DNA of 64,000 bases, taken from the NCBI GenBank assembly GCA_002633005.1, contig NMRA01000055.1:703856-767855 (forward strand), in the 5' to 3' direction. This stretch comes from Phoronis australis. Taxonomy: Eukaryota; Animalia; Phoronida. A program made the position numbers and the translations under genes. This document shows, piece after piece, positions 1-12,475 of this stretch (within the stretch, counting starts at the first letter, position 1; the number at the start of each line of letters is the position of its first letter). The notes under the pieces were generated by a model that did no database searches, was not told the DNA's origin, and saw only the letters and a list, made by a program, of their open reading frames with translations.

Positions 1-593
1 AGATTAGAGCCACCATAGTGGGGCCTAAGACATCCTTACTCTTGAGACTTGGTGAATATACTGTAAGACTATGTCTTATTTGTGACTTTTTGAACACATT
101 TTATTTTCATCAAACATTTTAGATATAGAGTATATAGACTTTTTGTTTCCAACAGAACAACATAAACTAAAAAAACTTTTTGAAAGACGAATCAATTTTC
201 AGTACTCGCACCATGGGCCCGTGCTGTGGCGCCATAGTATTGAAAGATGGCATTCTTTGGCTGTGTAAACTGCTCTTTTATTGTTCTTCGTGTCGACGAT
301 TGTCGTTTGGTTTCTGTAAAGAGAAGTACAAAAACAAAGAATTTGACCAAATGACAAAAATAATAATTGATGAAGGCAGCATACGTACTGTGCCAACAAC
401 ATAAGGTTACATTATGTAGTCTAGATTTAGACTATTCACCACTTGTTCTTAGGGGAAAGTAGTTTTCTGACTCTGGACAGCAAGGACGTATTTTTCTTGC
501 CAATACCTGGCTTTGATTTGAATTTGCATTCGGCAGAAGAATTAGTCCAAGATTTGAAATTATTCCGAGTTACAGCTGCCTTTCGCCGTATTT

Positions 594-746
594 CAGGGGC
601 GGATCCAGGATTTTGAGTTAAGGGGGGCCAGGGCACAGCATTAGCCATTGCCCGTCAGACATTCGCACTCCCCAACTGCCAAATGCAATCTGAGACAATT
701 TTAGGGGGGGACATGCCCCCCTTGGCCCCCTCTAAATCCGCTACTG
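594..746 (+). mobile_element. Short MITE-like element with GC-rich TIRs
   Basis: caggggcggatccagga ... cctctaaatccgctactg; related element at ~17812-18006. Confidence 0.6.
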
Positions 747-3700
747 TATTTAGTTGACTAGCACTACAGGAGGTCCATCGAAACTGGACCGTCTACTACG
801 GTGGCAGCGCTAAAATGTTGGCCAGTGATTTTTTGTTCACAAAATGGACGGGAACCTAAACTGGTTGGTACATATACGTATAAGGGATACCGTAGTACCA
901 ACTAAGTGAAGCATAGCATAAAGATTGGAGCATTTCAGTTCTTCGTATGACTATGCAAAACTATATTTTGATTAGACTACGGTACATTTGTGTCAGTATA
1001 TTCATGTGCTTTGTTGAACGCAACGTTCCACTTGTTTTTAATGGCCTTAATGGATAAACGTTCTATTAGGCGGCAGGTTGATCTCAGTCGCGTCTAGATC
1101 ATGTACTCTGGCATATTTTGAGTATCGTTCACTGTGCCAAGTATGCGCGTATTACCGCCCATGCGCCAGAATGCGAAATTGCACCTATATCCGGAATCAA
1201 GTGCTTACACAAAATCACAAAGTTGAAAAGTGTACTAGAGAAACTTGACTTAAACATCAGGGCCCAGTTACATAAAAGTTATACGCCGTATAGCAGCAAT
1301 TACGTCGCATTATCACGCGTCACGTTTTTATTGTTGAACAATGCACCTGATGTCATGCAACACTCAAACTTATCGAGCGGATAACTTTTGAAGCTTTATG
1401 GTGCTATATAGGTTACATGAGAAGTACAAAATATGAAGAAAATGAGTAGCAAAAACGAATTTGTGTATGAACGCGAGGGATTATCGTCCACACTACTAAG
1501 TGAAACATAGGAGCACTGATGCGCCTATATGCGAAACCAGAGCAAAATACGCTTTGAAAAACGTCATCACTTCCAAGTATGGGCATGAGCCTATATACAT
1601 GCGAATACGGAATGCGCAAAAATCCATTTTCATTTTTTACTCATTAGCGAAATAGTTACCAACAGGAACCTCAAACCACCAGCAACTCAAAAGAAAAACG
1701 CTTTAGAGTTTATTGTTGTTGGCCAACCCTGTGACTAGAACTTGCGAATTCTAAAGTGGCGCGTGTAGGCTTTGCTTGCGACTTGAGTTTCTAGTGGAAA
1801 TGGAATTCTATCATACCGATAACAAAATTAGAGTAAACTTAGCAGGAATAGTTCGATTTTCTTTTTAGCCTGCTCAACCTGGCGAAATGCAACTTGTTTT
1901 GATTGTCGATTTTGATGAGGGCCTAAATCATTGCGCCTGTGTGGCATTACTGTCTTGTGCTTATCGTAGTGTTAAATAAAGGCGATGCATCATTCAGTAA
2001 TCAACTCTTACTTTGACTGGCCGCCCCCACCCAACTTTCATGTTTGAAACACCTTCAATTCACGAGTGATAATCCATTTAAAAAATCCACCTGACAAAAT
2101 AAACGCCTCGGCTGGGGCAACCGTCTCCCTGAATAAACCATTATTGAGCACACTATAATAGATATCCGTCCGGCTCATTCATTCAAGTGTTTTCAAATGC
2201 GGAGGTCTCGTTTACAGTAACAAATCTTTTCAATGTATGCTTTCGCCTCCTACGACTGTATAACTTTGCCTTTTGATAGTGACAAAAACGTAATTTTGAT
2301 TTAGACAATTTACCGTTACAAAGTTGATCTCAAATTTTCCTTTTCTGTCGTTGGACTTAAAAAGAGCTGACAATTCCTCATACCCGAGAACCCCTCACCT
2401 TTTTCACCTGTATTTTGAACTTAGCTATGGTTTCGAATCGCTGTATCTGAAAAGGTTCAAGTTGAAACCTGCTTTATAGCGACAAGTGATTAAATCAAAA
2501 GTTAGTCCTTTTGACAGAAGCCGGGTTCACAGCAGCTTTTAGAATGCAACATGTGCTGATGGGATGCCCCCCGTTAAACTTTATTTGATTAGTGTCTGCG
2601 CGGTAGATGTTTACCTGAGCAATAGTGCCCTCAGATTTGTCAGTTCAAATTCTGCGTGGCACTATTGTTTACGCGAAATCCGGAAAAAAAACAAACAACA
2701 GGTTTATGAAAAAGCCCGAGTTCACTTGGTGCTACCTCGTAATTTTTCAAATTTGGCTGAGAAACTTGTACAACCTGTTTATCGCCAGAGCCAAGTCGGG
2801 TGCGCTGAGCACGAGACTAACCAGTATACGGAGTGCAAAGGTTTAACTCGTGATGTTGCTGCAACGTGCGGCATTGTTTCGCTACGACACGGGCGACGAT
2901 CATTCTGCGTTTTGCCAATAAATCTTACGTAGTTAATCGACCAAGGTCTAGGACCGGTTCCGCATCGCGAAACACGCGCGAGTCTTAACTCGTTTTAAAA
3001 GCTTGTGTGATCGCTTGCTTCGCTTGTAATGCAGCTGCGATATCTCGAATACTTTCGAGTTGTCGCTTTTATCGCAGGAAACTTGATCTATGGAACACAG
3101 CCAACGTGCCGTTCCGTATCGTCCTTGTAACCATTTCATTATCTTGTCACGGTTTTCGTATGTAGAGATAATTTTTCTAATTGATAGCGGTCTGTCAATC
3201 ATTTTGGATGACGAAATTGGGACTGTGTGATGCAACAATGCGCTCGTTTTGCCTTCTTGGAACTCGACGATGAACACAATTTTAAAGAAATTGTGGTTTT
3301 TGGATAAATAATAAGTTATGTAATCGAAGACTGACAAAATTCCAGCCTTCCTCCAAATTGAATTTTGCATTACTGTGGTTCAACATGATTCACCTTCTTA
3401 ATACTTCAAATGAATGTGTTTCCTTTTTCTGAATACGATTACCAAATCGTCTATTTTAATGGACACGATTATTGAATCTCAACCAAGCTTATTTTGACAA
3501 CTCCCTCAAATTGAAATTTTGAATTCCAATTATTTTGATAAAAAAAACCTGATCTCTCAGAAGAGGCAGCACATCCAGTTTTCCCAGTGTTTTCCCCACT
3601 TTAGCGGATGTTTGTACCTTGTGTGCGAATATTAAAACAAATGCTCACATCCGAAACGTTTTTTTCAAAGCTTTTTATAAGGATGTTTCGCCTAAGCCTC

Positions 3701-5441
3701 TCCTTTAGGCGCAACCGGCTTTCCCTTGTGTACGTGTACGTTTTAAACTGGGCGTGTGATTTTTTTATCAATTCTTAATACATTGCATTGAATAACCATA
3801 TATTTTATAATGTGTAAAGATTCACTGCATAATTGTACGAAAGTTGCTCCTCCGTTCTTCTAACCGTAGACGGGTGCGCCTAATTTCGGATATGAACGAG
3901 CTTCTAGCATAGGCGCATAGGCCAAAGTGTGCGCATATGCGGTAATAGACCAGTGGCCAATTTTTATCATCCAGGAAGGAGTGCTTATTTGAGGGTACAC
4001 TTAAGATGATATGCTCGATGCGAAGTCAACAGAATAATGAAACAACATTAAGAACACCTGAATGGATTTTCAGACTTTTTATTACTCAGAGTTTGTAGAA
4101 TGTAACACCTGACATCAATAGTTAGTAGAAATGAACAATTGTGTTTTGAAGATGCGAGTTTGCACAACAATACTTGAGTACAAAAACAGCAAAATATACA
4201 AACAAGGTATCTACAGAAAAGGTTTTGATTACTGTTAGTTTATTTCAGCAGTTCTTCTGGTGTGCCTACAAAAATAAGAAAATCGTAGTTTTCTTTTGCT
4301 AAACTGCTATCTAGCTGGAGAGTAAAAAGTTAACTAAATGTTATCCACAACTGTACATAACATAACACACCATGCTAACTATTAAACAATTTTTTCATGT
4401 TTTTGCCTGAAATTTAAAAAATATGAAATTTCACTTTTCCAACATATTGTGTGCAAAAATCTGAAGAACTCCAGTTGCTTTCTAAGTCAACGCTCATTAA
4501 CTCAAGCAAACTTCAAACCAGACAAATCAAGTTAGCAGCAAGGAATGGTCCTGTTACAGCAATCAGTGTACCCCATTTGGCGCAAGGTTTTACAACGTAT
4601 AGGTAATTGGGAACATAAACTTGCCTATTACAGAACCAAACTAAAACATGAACAGAAGCAATCTGCTCCAAAGATGGCGCTGCACGAGGCTTTAAAATAT
4701 ACAATAAGTACAGTTGAAGACCACCAATGGAAAACATAGAAATGAGAAACTGTCAGAGCTAACATTACGAAAAGCTGTCAGCTAATAATGTAAGTTTACG
4801 TATATTGTTATGGAAACTGCTGTAATTTTCACAACGTAGATGTAACAGGGTTATCTCTGAACAATAAGTGATGTTACAAATAACTTAAATAAATACAGTT
4901 AAACTACTTAACAAACAATAAATAAGGTAATAAATTAATTATACATTATTCATGGAACTGACTGTACAACTTAGAAATGCAACATGTCAAAGCTGTGCCA
5001 TCACCCGTCAATAGATGGCGCCCGTTACATAAAACCTTTGACTGACGGATTCATAACAACATTCACAGTGACCAACAATGTCTCTGTAACAACATCGTCA
5101 CCATGATAACAATTCCAGCAGATGGCGGCCATTTTGGGCCTGTTGCTAATGTCACGTGTTTAGTCCCATATTCTGCATCTCAGAACTGTCGACTGATGCA
5201 CATTTTGGACGAATGAGTGTCTTTCTCCAGCAGCCGTGCAGACACGGTTCGCGGTTTGTCGTGCTTCGTGGGAGAGGAAGTTCGTTTTGGGCAATAGTGC
5301 ACTGCATGTTTCCACGTATATTGGTGCTGGATCACACGCATTTGGGACTGGCCTTGAAACTGGCGAGCCACATTCGCAACAACGGTATATATACACAGCT
5401 GCGTCTATATACAACTGATGTACATCCGCACAACTTAATGC

Positions 5442-5666
5442 TCATACAGGCAAGTCGACTATTGGTCGGGGAAAGTCATCTTCCGTCATTTTATAAAACT
5501 CCATGACGTCCTCCTCGGCCTCAGTGGTGCCCCCTTTTGGATATTCCACCAAGATGCAGTTAAAGTCATTTGTCGACCTTGACATACGCCCAGTATTTGT
5601 GTCATTGTCATTAATGTCCGTGACTTTATCGCTGAGTAACTTGGCTAATTTTTCTTCTGAATCGAC
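5442..5666 (-). CDS. GADD45: GADD45 exon 4 (terminal)
   Basis: ttcccttag acceptor, VDSEEKLAKLL...DFNCILVEYP...FPRPIVDLPV-TGA. Confidence 0.92.
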   Translation of the reverse strand, partial: VDSEEKLAKLLSDKVTDINDNDTNTGRMSRSTNDFNCILVEYPKGGTTEAEEDVMEFYKMTEDDFPRPIVDLPV

Positions 5667-8600
5667 CTAAGGGAAAATTAATTAGAGATAATGAACACTG
5701 ACAATAATGAGAAGTATTACCTTAATACGTACTTAATTACCCATATTGCACTGCATGATATGATGGTACTCAAAAACAGATTCAACTGGCTCAGAAAACA
5801 AAAAAACAACAAAAAAACAGGTAGCTGGAATTCTGCTGAAATCAACATCTCAAATTGTCAAGTTCGTAAACAAAACAACATTCCAATTACTTTTTTAGCC
5901 ACACAAGTAATTTAATATGTTCCACACAGACAGACCGACTGGAATGTAACTGTTTACAGATGTTATGCAAATGAGCGAGGTGAATTCAGTCTACAGCGTT
6001 CTTTGTCACTGGCGAAGTGAAGTCTAGGTTTTATTGATTTTTAATGTTCACACAAAGAACAACCGCACCCAATGACCCTTAATCTGACAACAATCTGCTT
6101 GTGTGAATAAAAATGCACCTAAAATTTTGCAAATAACCTCATTACATCTCATAACATGTATAAAAAATCTCCACAAGATATTTACAGTAACATGTGACTC
6201 AAAATTTGCTCAACCATCAGGAGGTGTCCTATATTTTGACCCTTACCCTTATTTCAACAAACACATCTTGGAAGTGCCCAAGTTCTCTTGAATCATGATA
6301 CAACAGATCTTTTTTGTGTCTAATTCCTTTAAAAAATACACTGCACTTTTGCCTACTTTTTAACTATTCAGTGATAAAAAACAGACCGCGTCCTTACAAC
6401 ATCACCTGCAGCTATCAATATTTAAACTACGTACAAGTCTAGGAACTGTGACGTAGGATATTGAACTTCCGAGAACCACTAGATAAAGCCAGAGAGAGTT
6501 ATCATAATATTTAGGTTTAAAACATCACTATTATGGCTGACTGTAAGTATGATGGTCTGCTTGCAGCAACCACACAGGGAACCAAGTCAATGAGGGTATC
6601 ATTTAGCCATGAAATGACGCTGAAGCAAATTTCAGCAAACTACTAGTCATGAGGCAACAGGCAACCCACTCCTTAGGCACAGAGCCCTTTGTTTACATTC
6701 CTTCTTGCAGCACAGCTGTGGAAGCTAGAGTTTATCTGACTTCCCATGAATTACAAGAACCAATGATTAATCATAGGATATGTCATGCGATTTCAGTTCA
6801 TCTGATGAGTGAGTAATTGTTCAGTGGTTAGTAGACAGAAACTAGTCTCTCTTCTCTCAGACACTTGGCTATAAAACAATTTCCTGTAGGCCTACTCCAG
6901 TAGATTGACAGGATCTGATGAAATGTAAATTTATCCACCTACAGAACAATTATCAAAACTGCTCTTAAATCATTTCAACTGCTCTCAGGCTATATAAATT
7001 TCCACTGAACATGTTGACATAAAGAACCCAATTTTAAATTTCAATTTTGGTTTGCACTAACAGTTTTTCGAAAACACAAAAAAATTTATTGAGATGTTTA
7101 CACCGTGAACTAAGTCATGCAAACAATTTTATGTCCCCACACTTTCCCTTCCTCAACTCAACAACAGGTTGCTTGATTGTTTGCATAATTCGTGACGTGC
7201 CTACTTCACCTGACAGTAAATAACACACTAACTTGGTAGGTCATAACTAAAGTGACAGCTGGAGTATAAAATACATCATGGACAACCAGTCGGGATCAAA
7301 CACTATAAACTTGTTTGCTAACATACAAAAATTCAACCTCCTCTTGCCACGCCCAATTTTCTTTACAAAAGTTCAGTTTCGTTGGCTTTCAGTGCTTGCC
7401 ATTTACAAACTGCATGTGACCAGTTTTTAGTTATTTACGTAAGACCAGTTACCAAACACTGAGATGAACTTTTACTACCACTATACGCCTTAGCGACCTC
7501 TACCCATCACATGTATCTAAATAAAGCTAAGCAGAGCTCCATGTTCAGGGTAACCTATAAATCTAATCCAGCTCCCACATGTTTACAGGGCAAACCTTAA
7601 CACCCTTGACCGACCCCAGAATGACATTGACATTGAAGTATTTCCCTCCTGCCTGCTAGCAGCCCCTGAGATTAAAGTTCATCGGCTTCTCAGAACTGGC
7701 AAATACAACAGAACAGCCTGCCTCACTCCCAAGAATTGCTAACAAAACAAGTTGTTTGTTACATAATTGACTTCCGCCCAGGAAGCATTTAGACCAATGT
7801 AAACTAGAATGGTTCAATTTCATGTGTCAAGCAGAGATAACAAAGAACAGGTTGAATCTAGTTTTAATCAGTTTAGCATAACATTTTCAGGTTAGGCCAT
7901 AGTAAACAAATCAAAAGCTACTCCTTTGCAATGCACCATCTTTAACGGATTTAAAAAGATAACTTCGAATCCTAGACACAACTAAAACGAAATCTTGCTG
8001 CATTTCAATAGGTTACAATAGGCCAACCCAGAACACTTCAGAAGCATTACACAATCAGCAATCCCCTGGCTGTGTTGATGGTTTATTTTGGCAACTGGAC
8101 AGATACAATGGCTTTGTTTACCCCATGTTTATCAAATCACACAGGGAGACCAGGTATGGTTAACAAAACCTACCCCACATGGCTGCATTGAACAAGTTTC
8201 AGGAAGAACCTGACGCAAAAACAACAAAAGACCTGTTATAAGCAAATGACCGAATGCGCCTTAACCCTAGATTCCGGCGGCTGCGTATTCCAGAGGCATT
8301 CAAAAGAAACAGAAGGCTTGGGCATCAATACCACATGCCAAATGCCAAGGAAAACATTGATTATTCCAACCCCCAATGCATAATTAGATTCCTGCACTAC
8401 TCCAATCCTTAAACTTCATGAGAGGACTTTGAACTCAGTTGATTGAGTGCCAATATATCTAGCTCAATCATGATTGGCTGAGTCAGTTGCCGCAGCAACA
8501 AGCATCCAGTTGCCATTACAAAAGTGAAGAATGAAAACAACTTGTTTGTCCAACTTCATAGGTGCAAAAACAACTAGAAACAAAACAACAACTCCGCTTC

Positions 8601-11600
8601 TCAAAAACAACCTGTTTAAATTCTAGGACAAGTGCCTGATCGCATAGGAATGAAATATTTTTTTGAAGTGAGGCAAAATTTTTATAAGCCAAGCTAAGAT
8701 AGCTATAATGGGCAATAATCAATTAATACATCGATTGAACTACGGTTGACAGGGGATTTGAAGGACATTTATTTCCTGAGGGCTACACCCACAGGTCAAT
8801 GCAAGGTGATGCACCAGTGACAATCACACTGATATGCCTGTTCTTTGTTCGAATAATCCCTACAACCCCTAGCAAAAGTTCACAAGCTGAAGGGAGATAA
8901 AAGTGCGAAAAGGCAAAACTATCTTAAAAAAAAACTAACTCATAAACAATGAAACTCAAAAATGGTAACTTAATCCGCCTAAATCCTAAGTTAAAAACTT
9001 TCAGAGTCAAGTAAACTAGACATTGTATTGTAAACTGAATTCAATAACCCACAGCCTCACTAGAGCCAGTTCCTTTGTTCCCTTAGCCCAAGGTATCACT
9101 TAAGTAATATCAGAATTAAGATATCAGACACTTAGTGCCAGGCACAGAGTGTAGAACAAAGGCAACTTGTACCCAGTTCTGGGATGTATATTCTCCAGTC
9201 CATACCAAGAAACCACAGAGGATTGGTAGGAATGTGGTCTGAGATATGCACACAAAGAGCTCCAGGAATGTCTGGGGGTGTTCCCCAGTCCAATACACAT
9301 TCACCCAGACAAAGAGATTAGCATCAAGGGGGTTCCTGGCCTTCATCCATTGTTTGGCTGGATTAGGTGACCTCTGACCTCCCACAAATCTGAGCCCTCT
9401 TTTATTCCCTGAACAGCTGTGACAACCCAGTTCTCTGTGGCTTGGCCAATGCTGAACAATGACCAGAGTCTGTCTGCATGGAACACATTAAACCTAACCA
9501 CAATGAGAGACCTGTCTGGTCAGGTGGCAGGCCACTTGGGCTAACCACACAAAGGGGCACTGGTGACCACACAAAGGGAGGCCTTGGCAAACATTTGGTA
9601 GATTGGCTAACAAGCAGCTGATTAAAGGGGTCATTTCACGCCACACAATTGGACAAGATGAATGCAATGGGAGGCCACATGTTGCCAAGGCTGCCCCCTT
9701 TGTGCTGCCAAAGTGACCCTGCAAACTGCACTTTCACCTGTTAGCCTTACCTTCAGTATTCTGATGTCGTTTTCCCAGCAGAAAGCTTCTAGTAATGTGT
9801 AGTGAATGTGCAACGTCACATCAGCAAAGTCGTTCTCTGGTAGAACACAAAGCATCACATTGTCAGGCTGTCTGTAACGAGATAAAAAAACAGGTTAATG
9901 TGATGAATCACGTAAACAATATTGCATTGAGCTAAATAAGACAAGCTTAGCTGTAAACAAATATTTAAATTCTTTAAAACTGACCAACAAACAAAAACAA
10001 CTCAATTTGCAAAATCAAGACAACACAAATTTCACAATTTTAAAATTTTGGACAAATTGGCACTGCAAATTGCTGTCCATTTTATTGATTATTCAAGTGC
10101 GAATTACCACTCTGAAGCACAATGTTATATCAAATGTCTCACTGGGGTCGTTCCCCTACCAAGGTTCAACGCACTCTCTGAGGAACTGATACTTAAGGCA
10201 AGCTTTGTACAAGGTGAATGATCCCTCACAAAGCAATAACTTATTGCAAGTCATCGACCCCCAAAAAACGTTATCAGTCCCCATCTGCAGTAGTTATTTT
10301 CCCCAGTTTCCATTATGAAGCATGTTTACATTCATTCCCTAAACTGATAAAAACTGATGGTCGCTCCAAAAGTATCCTCGAGAGCTTGTTATCAATAACA
10401 CCTTGTTTGTCGTATAACGGACGGCAAATCCAGATTGGATGGCTTAATAAAGAGGTTTGTTGATGACAGTCAATGTATACACCTACGCAAACCAACGATC
10501 AAGGTACTTAGCTGTCAACTTATTAACATGTATTGTATCCCTAAAGGTTACAGCTCTCATTCATACTTTGGTAAGATGGACCAAAACATTGTGTTGACTA
10601 TATTTGGCGACCTGTTTTTTTGCTAATTTATGCCTTGAATGTCAAACAAGTCATGCGGAAAATAGTAACAGTCAAGAATCACTAAGAAACCTAATATCAG
10701 TGACATCAAGGTTTTTGCAGATAACTCCAATAACGCCAATAATGCCAGCAATATGGGAGTACAAACCAATATTTTGCAAAACGTTGAATTTTCGTCACTT
10801 ATAATGCTCAAAAATGAAAATTGAGATATCTATTTTAGTGTAAAAATACAAATTTTGTTAAAATCTTAAAAATGTATTGCATTATGTGATGAGCTTTTCT
10901 GAGCAGAGGAGACAACAAATTATTAATTTATTTCTAAGTATAATACTTACATTTCTAATAGCTTCACCGACTCGTACACTCCATATGTTAAGCGGCATTG
11001 CTGTTTGGCAGTCACCAATGTATCCTTTAAAGATGCACTGATATCCATTTTCATGCTGCAAGAAAATACAAATCATTATGAACAAAAACAACAAAATGCA
11101 AAACTTCAAATACAAAAGAAAATTTTCAACCACCATCTTAAATCAAAGTATACTAAATTAAACAGTGCAAAATGCATAAAGTTTTTATAAGTGTGGAAAA
11201 GTCTGATGAGAGATTGCCAAACAAAGAAAGCCCATCTGGGATTTAACCTGCAGAACAAAGAGCCACACAGCTGATCAGCTGATTTTGGCAAACAAAGAAG
11301 AATTTGCTCAAAATCACAATAAAATCAATCCCTTAACTTTTTTTCATTCAGAAGTCAGTTGCAGAACTTACCAATTTGTCAAATTTACATTTCCATTTGC
11401 AGGAATAATGAGTTTTAAGTTATTGCTACAAATCCTTCGCAAGCCCATGATCACAACGTCTTCTCTGATCTGTGTTCTATAGTCAACTGACGTCGAACTC
11501 ACGAACCCACGTTCAACTTGAGATGACCTTGCCTGGGCACGCACTTACTGTGACCCCGTATCTAAAGGGAAGTCGTGACCCCGGGTCACCACAATCACAT

Positions 11601-12123
11601 GACCGCATACTTGGAATGCACTGGGAAGCTGTTTTATTTGCACTGACCAACTTTTGCTGAGTAATCCAATCGTTCCCGAAGACAACAATAATGAAAGGGC
11701 TATCGCATGTTTTTTCGAAATCTTAAGCACGAGCAATTTGATAACCAGAATGACGTAATAATGAATAATTACGTTTTCACGTCAAAAGTTAGTATAGATT
11801 ACAGTGTAGAATAGAGTTAGTAGACGGTCTTCACCAGATTCACAGCGTTTCTCAAACACACAATGCAGAGCCATTCTGCATTGTTTGTATCAAAGAGAAA
11901 TGTGACCATTGTTCGTATTAACGTAATAAGCTGACCAGAAAACCCCGTCTGAGTCATCTTTAGTTATTCCTGCAAACCACTTGAAAATTGCGTCAGCAAA
12001 GCATTAGCGACTTGTCCAGGCGCAAAGCCACACTGACCGGTCAAAAACGCAAGATCAGAAAAGATAAACTTACTTGTTCAGTTGTTGGTTGTGCAATCTT
12101 AGTTTTTTCAGAGTCAACCTCAT
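5442..12123 (-). CDS. GADD45: GADD45-family growth arrest and DNA damage-inducible protein, 4 exons, 166 aa
   Basis: Exons 12074-12123, 10951-11055, 9751-9871, 5442-5666, all GT-AG with consistent phases (2,2,0); 501 nt in total. Translation includes RLTYGVYESVKLLE-IQPDNVMLCVLPENDFADVTLHIHYTLLEAFCWENDIRILKV...DFNCILVE...PIVDLPV*, matching GADD45 motifs (GVYE..KLL, LCxL, IHFTLxxAFCxENDI). Paralog (A/B/G) cannot be assigned. Confidence 0.93.
9751..9871 (-). CDS. GADD45: GADD45 exon 3
   Basis: QPDNVMLCVLPENDFADVTLHIHYTLLEAFCWENDIRILK, AG/GT boundaries. Confidence 0.95.
10951..11055 (-). CDS. GADD45: GADD45 exon 2
   Basis: ttcttgcag acceptor, MKMDISASLKDTLVTAKQQCRLTYGVYESVKLLE, gtaagt donor. 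Confidence 0.92.
12074..12123 (-). CDS. GADD45: GADD45 exon 1 (MRLTLKKLRLHNQQLN)
   Basis: ATG at 12123 with an in-frame TGA 9 nt upstream; GTAAGT donor; phase 2 fits exon 2. Poorly conserved sequence, and exon 2 has alternative ATGs. Confidence 0.7.
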
Positions 12124-12475
12124 TTTCTGTCAGCAAGGTTGAAATAAAATCCGGGATCCTGAAACACGTCTTTTCCGCTCTGATATGAAAAGTTATAATG
12201 ACACGAGTGTTGTACGTTGTTACTCCACGTTGGAATCTGATGACACATCACGTTTTTCTGTAGGCGTGTTCAATTCTCGGAAAGCTTTGATTTTATTGGC
12301 TAATGAAAAGGTCATGAATCCATATATGGGATAAAGGTCAGTTGTGTAACTCCTCTGTTCCCAGTCCAGTGGGGTGTTCCTGCCATACTCGTTTCGTAAC
12401 ATATTACATAAATCCCAGGTTCTTTCATTCTTTGTTTAAAGGAGTTTCTGTGTGCACTGTAAAAAGCCGACAGCA

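Noticed and set aside
2948-3370. 140-aa minus-strand ORF (and the 122-aa ORF at 2564-2932)
   Set aside because: No recognisable domain or consistent coding exon structure; more likely UTR or promoter sequence.
5160-5414. Cys-rich ORF resembling a zinc finger
   Set aside because: It lies in the GADD45 3' UTR just after the stop, and the Cys spacing fits no known finger.
5667-10950. A p53 response element in GADD45 introns, as in human GADD45A intron 3
   Set aside because: Only isolated half-sites were found (e.g. AAACTTGTTT ~7307, AGACAAGCTT ~9940); no paired decamers seen by eye.
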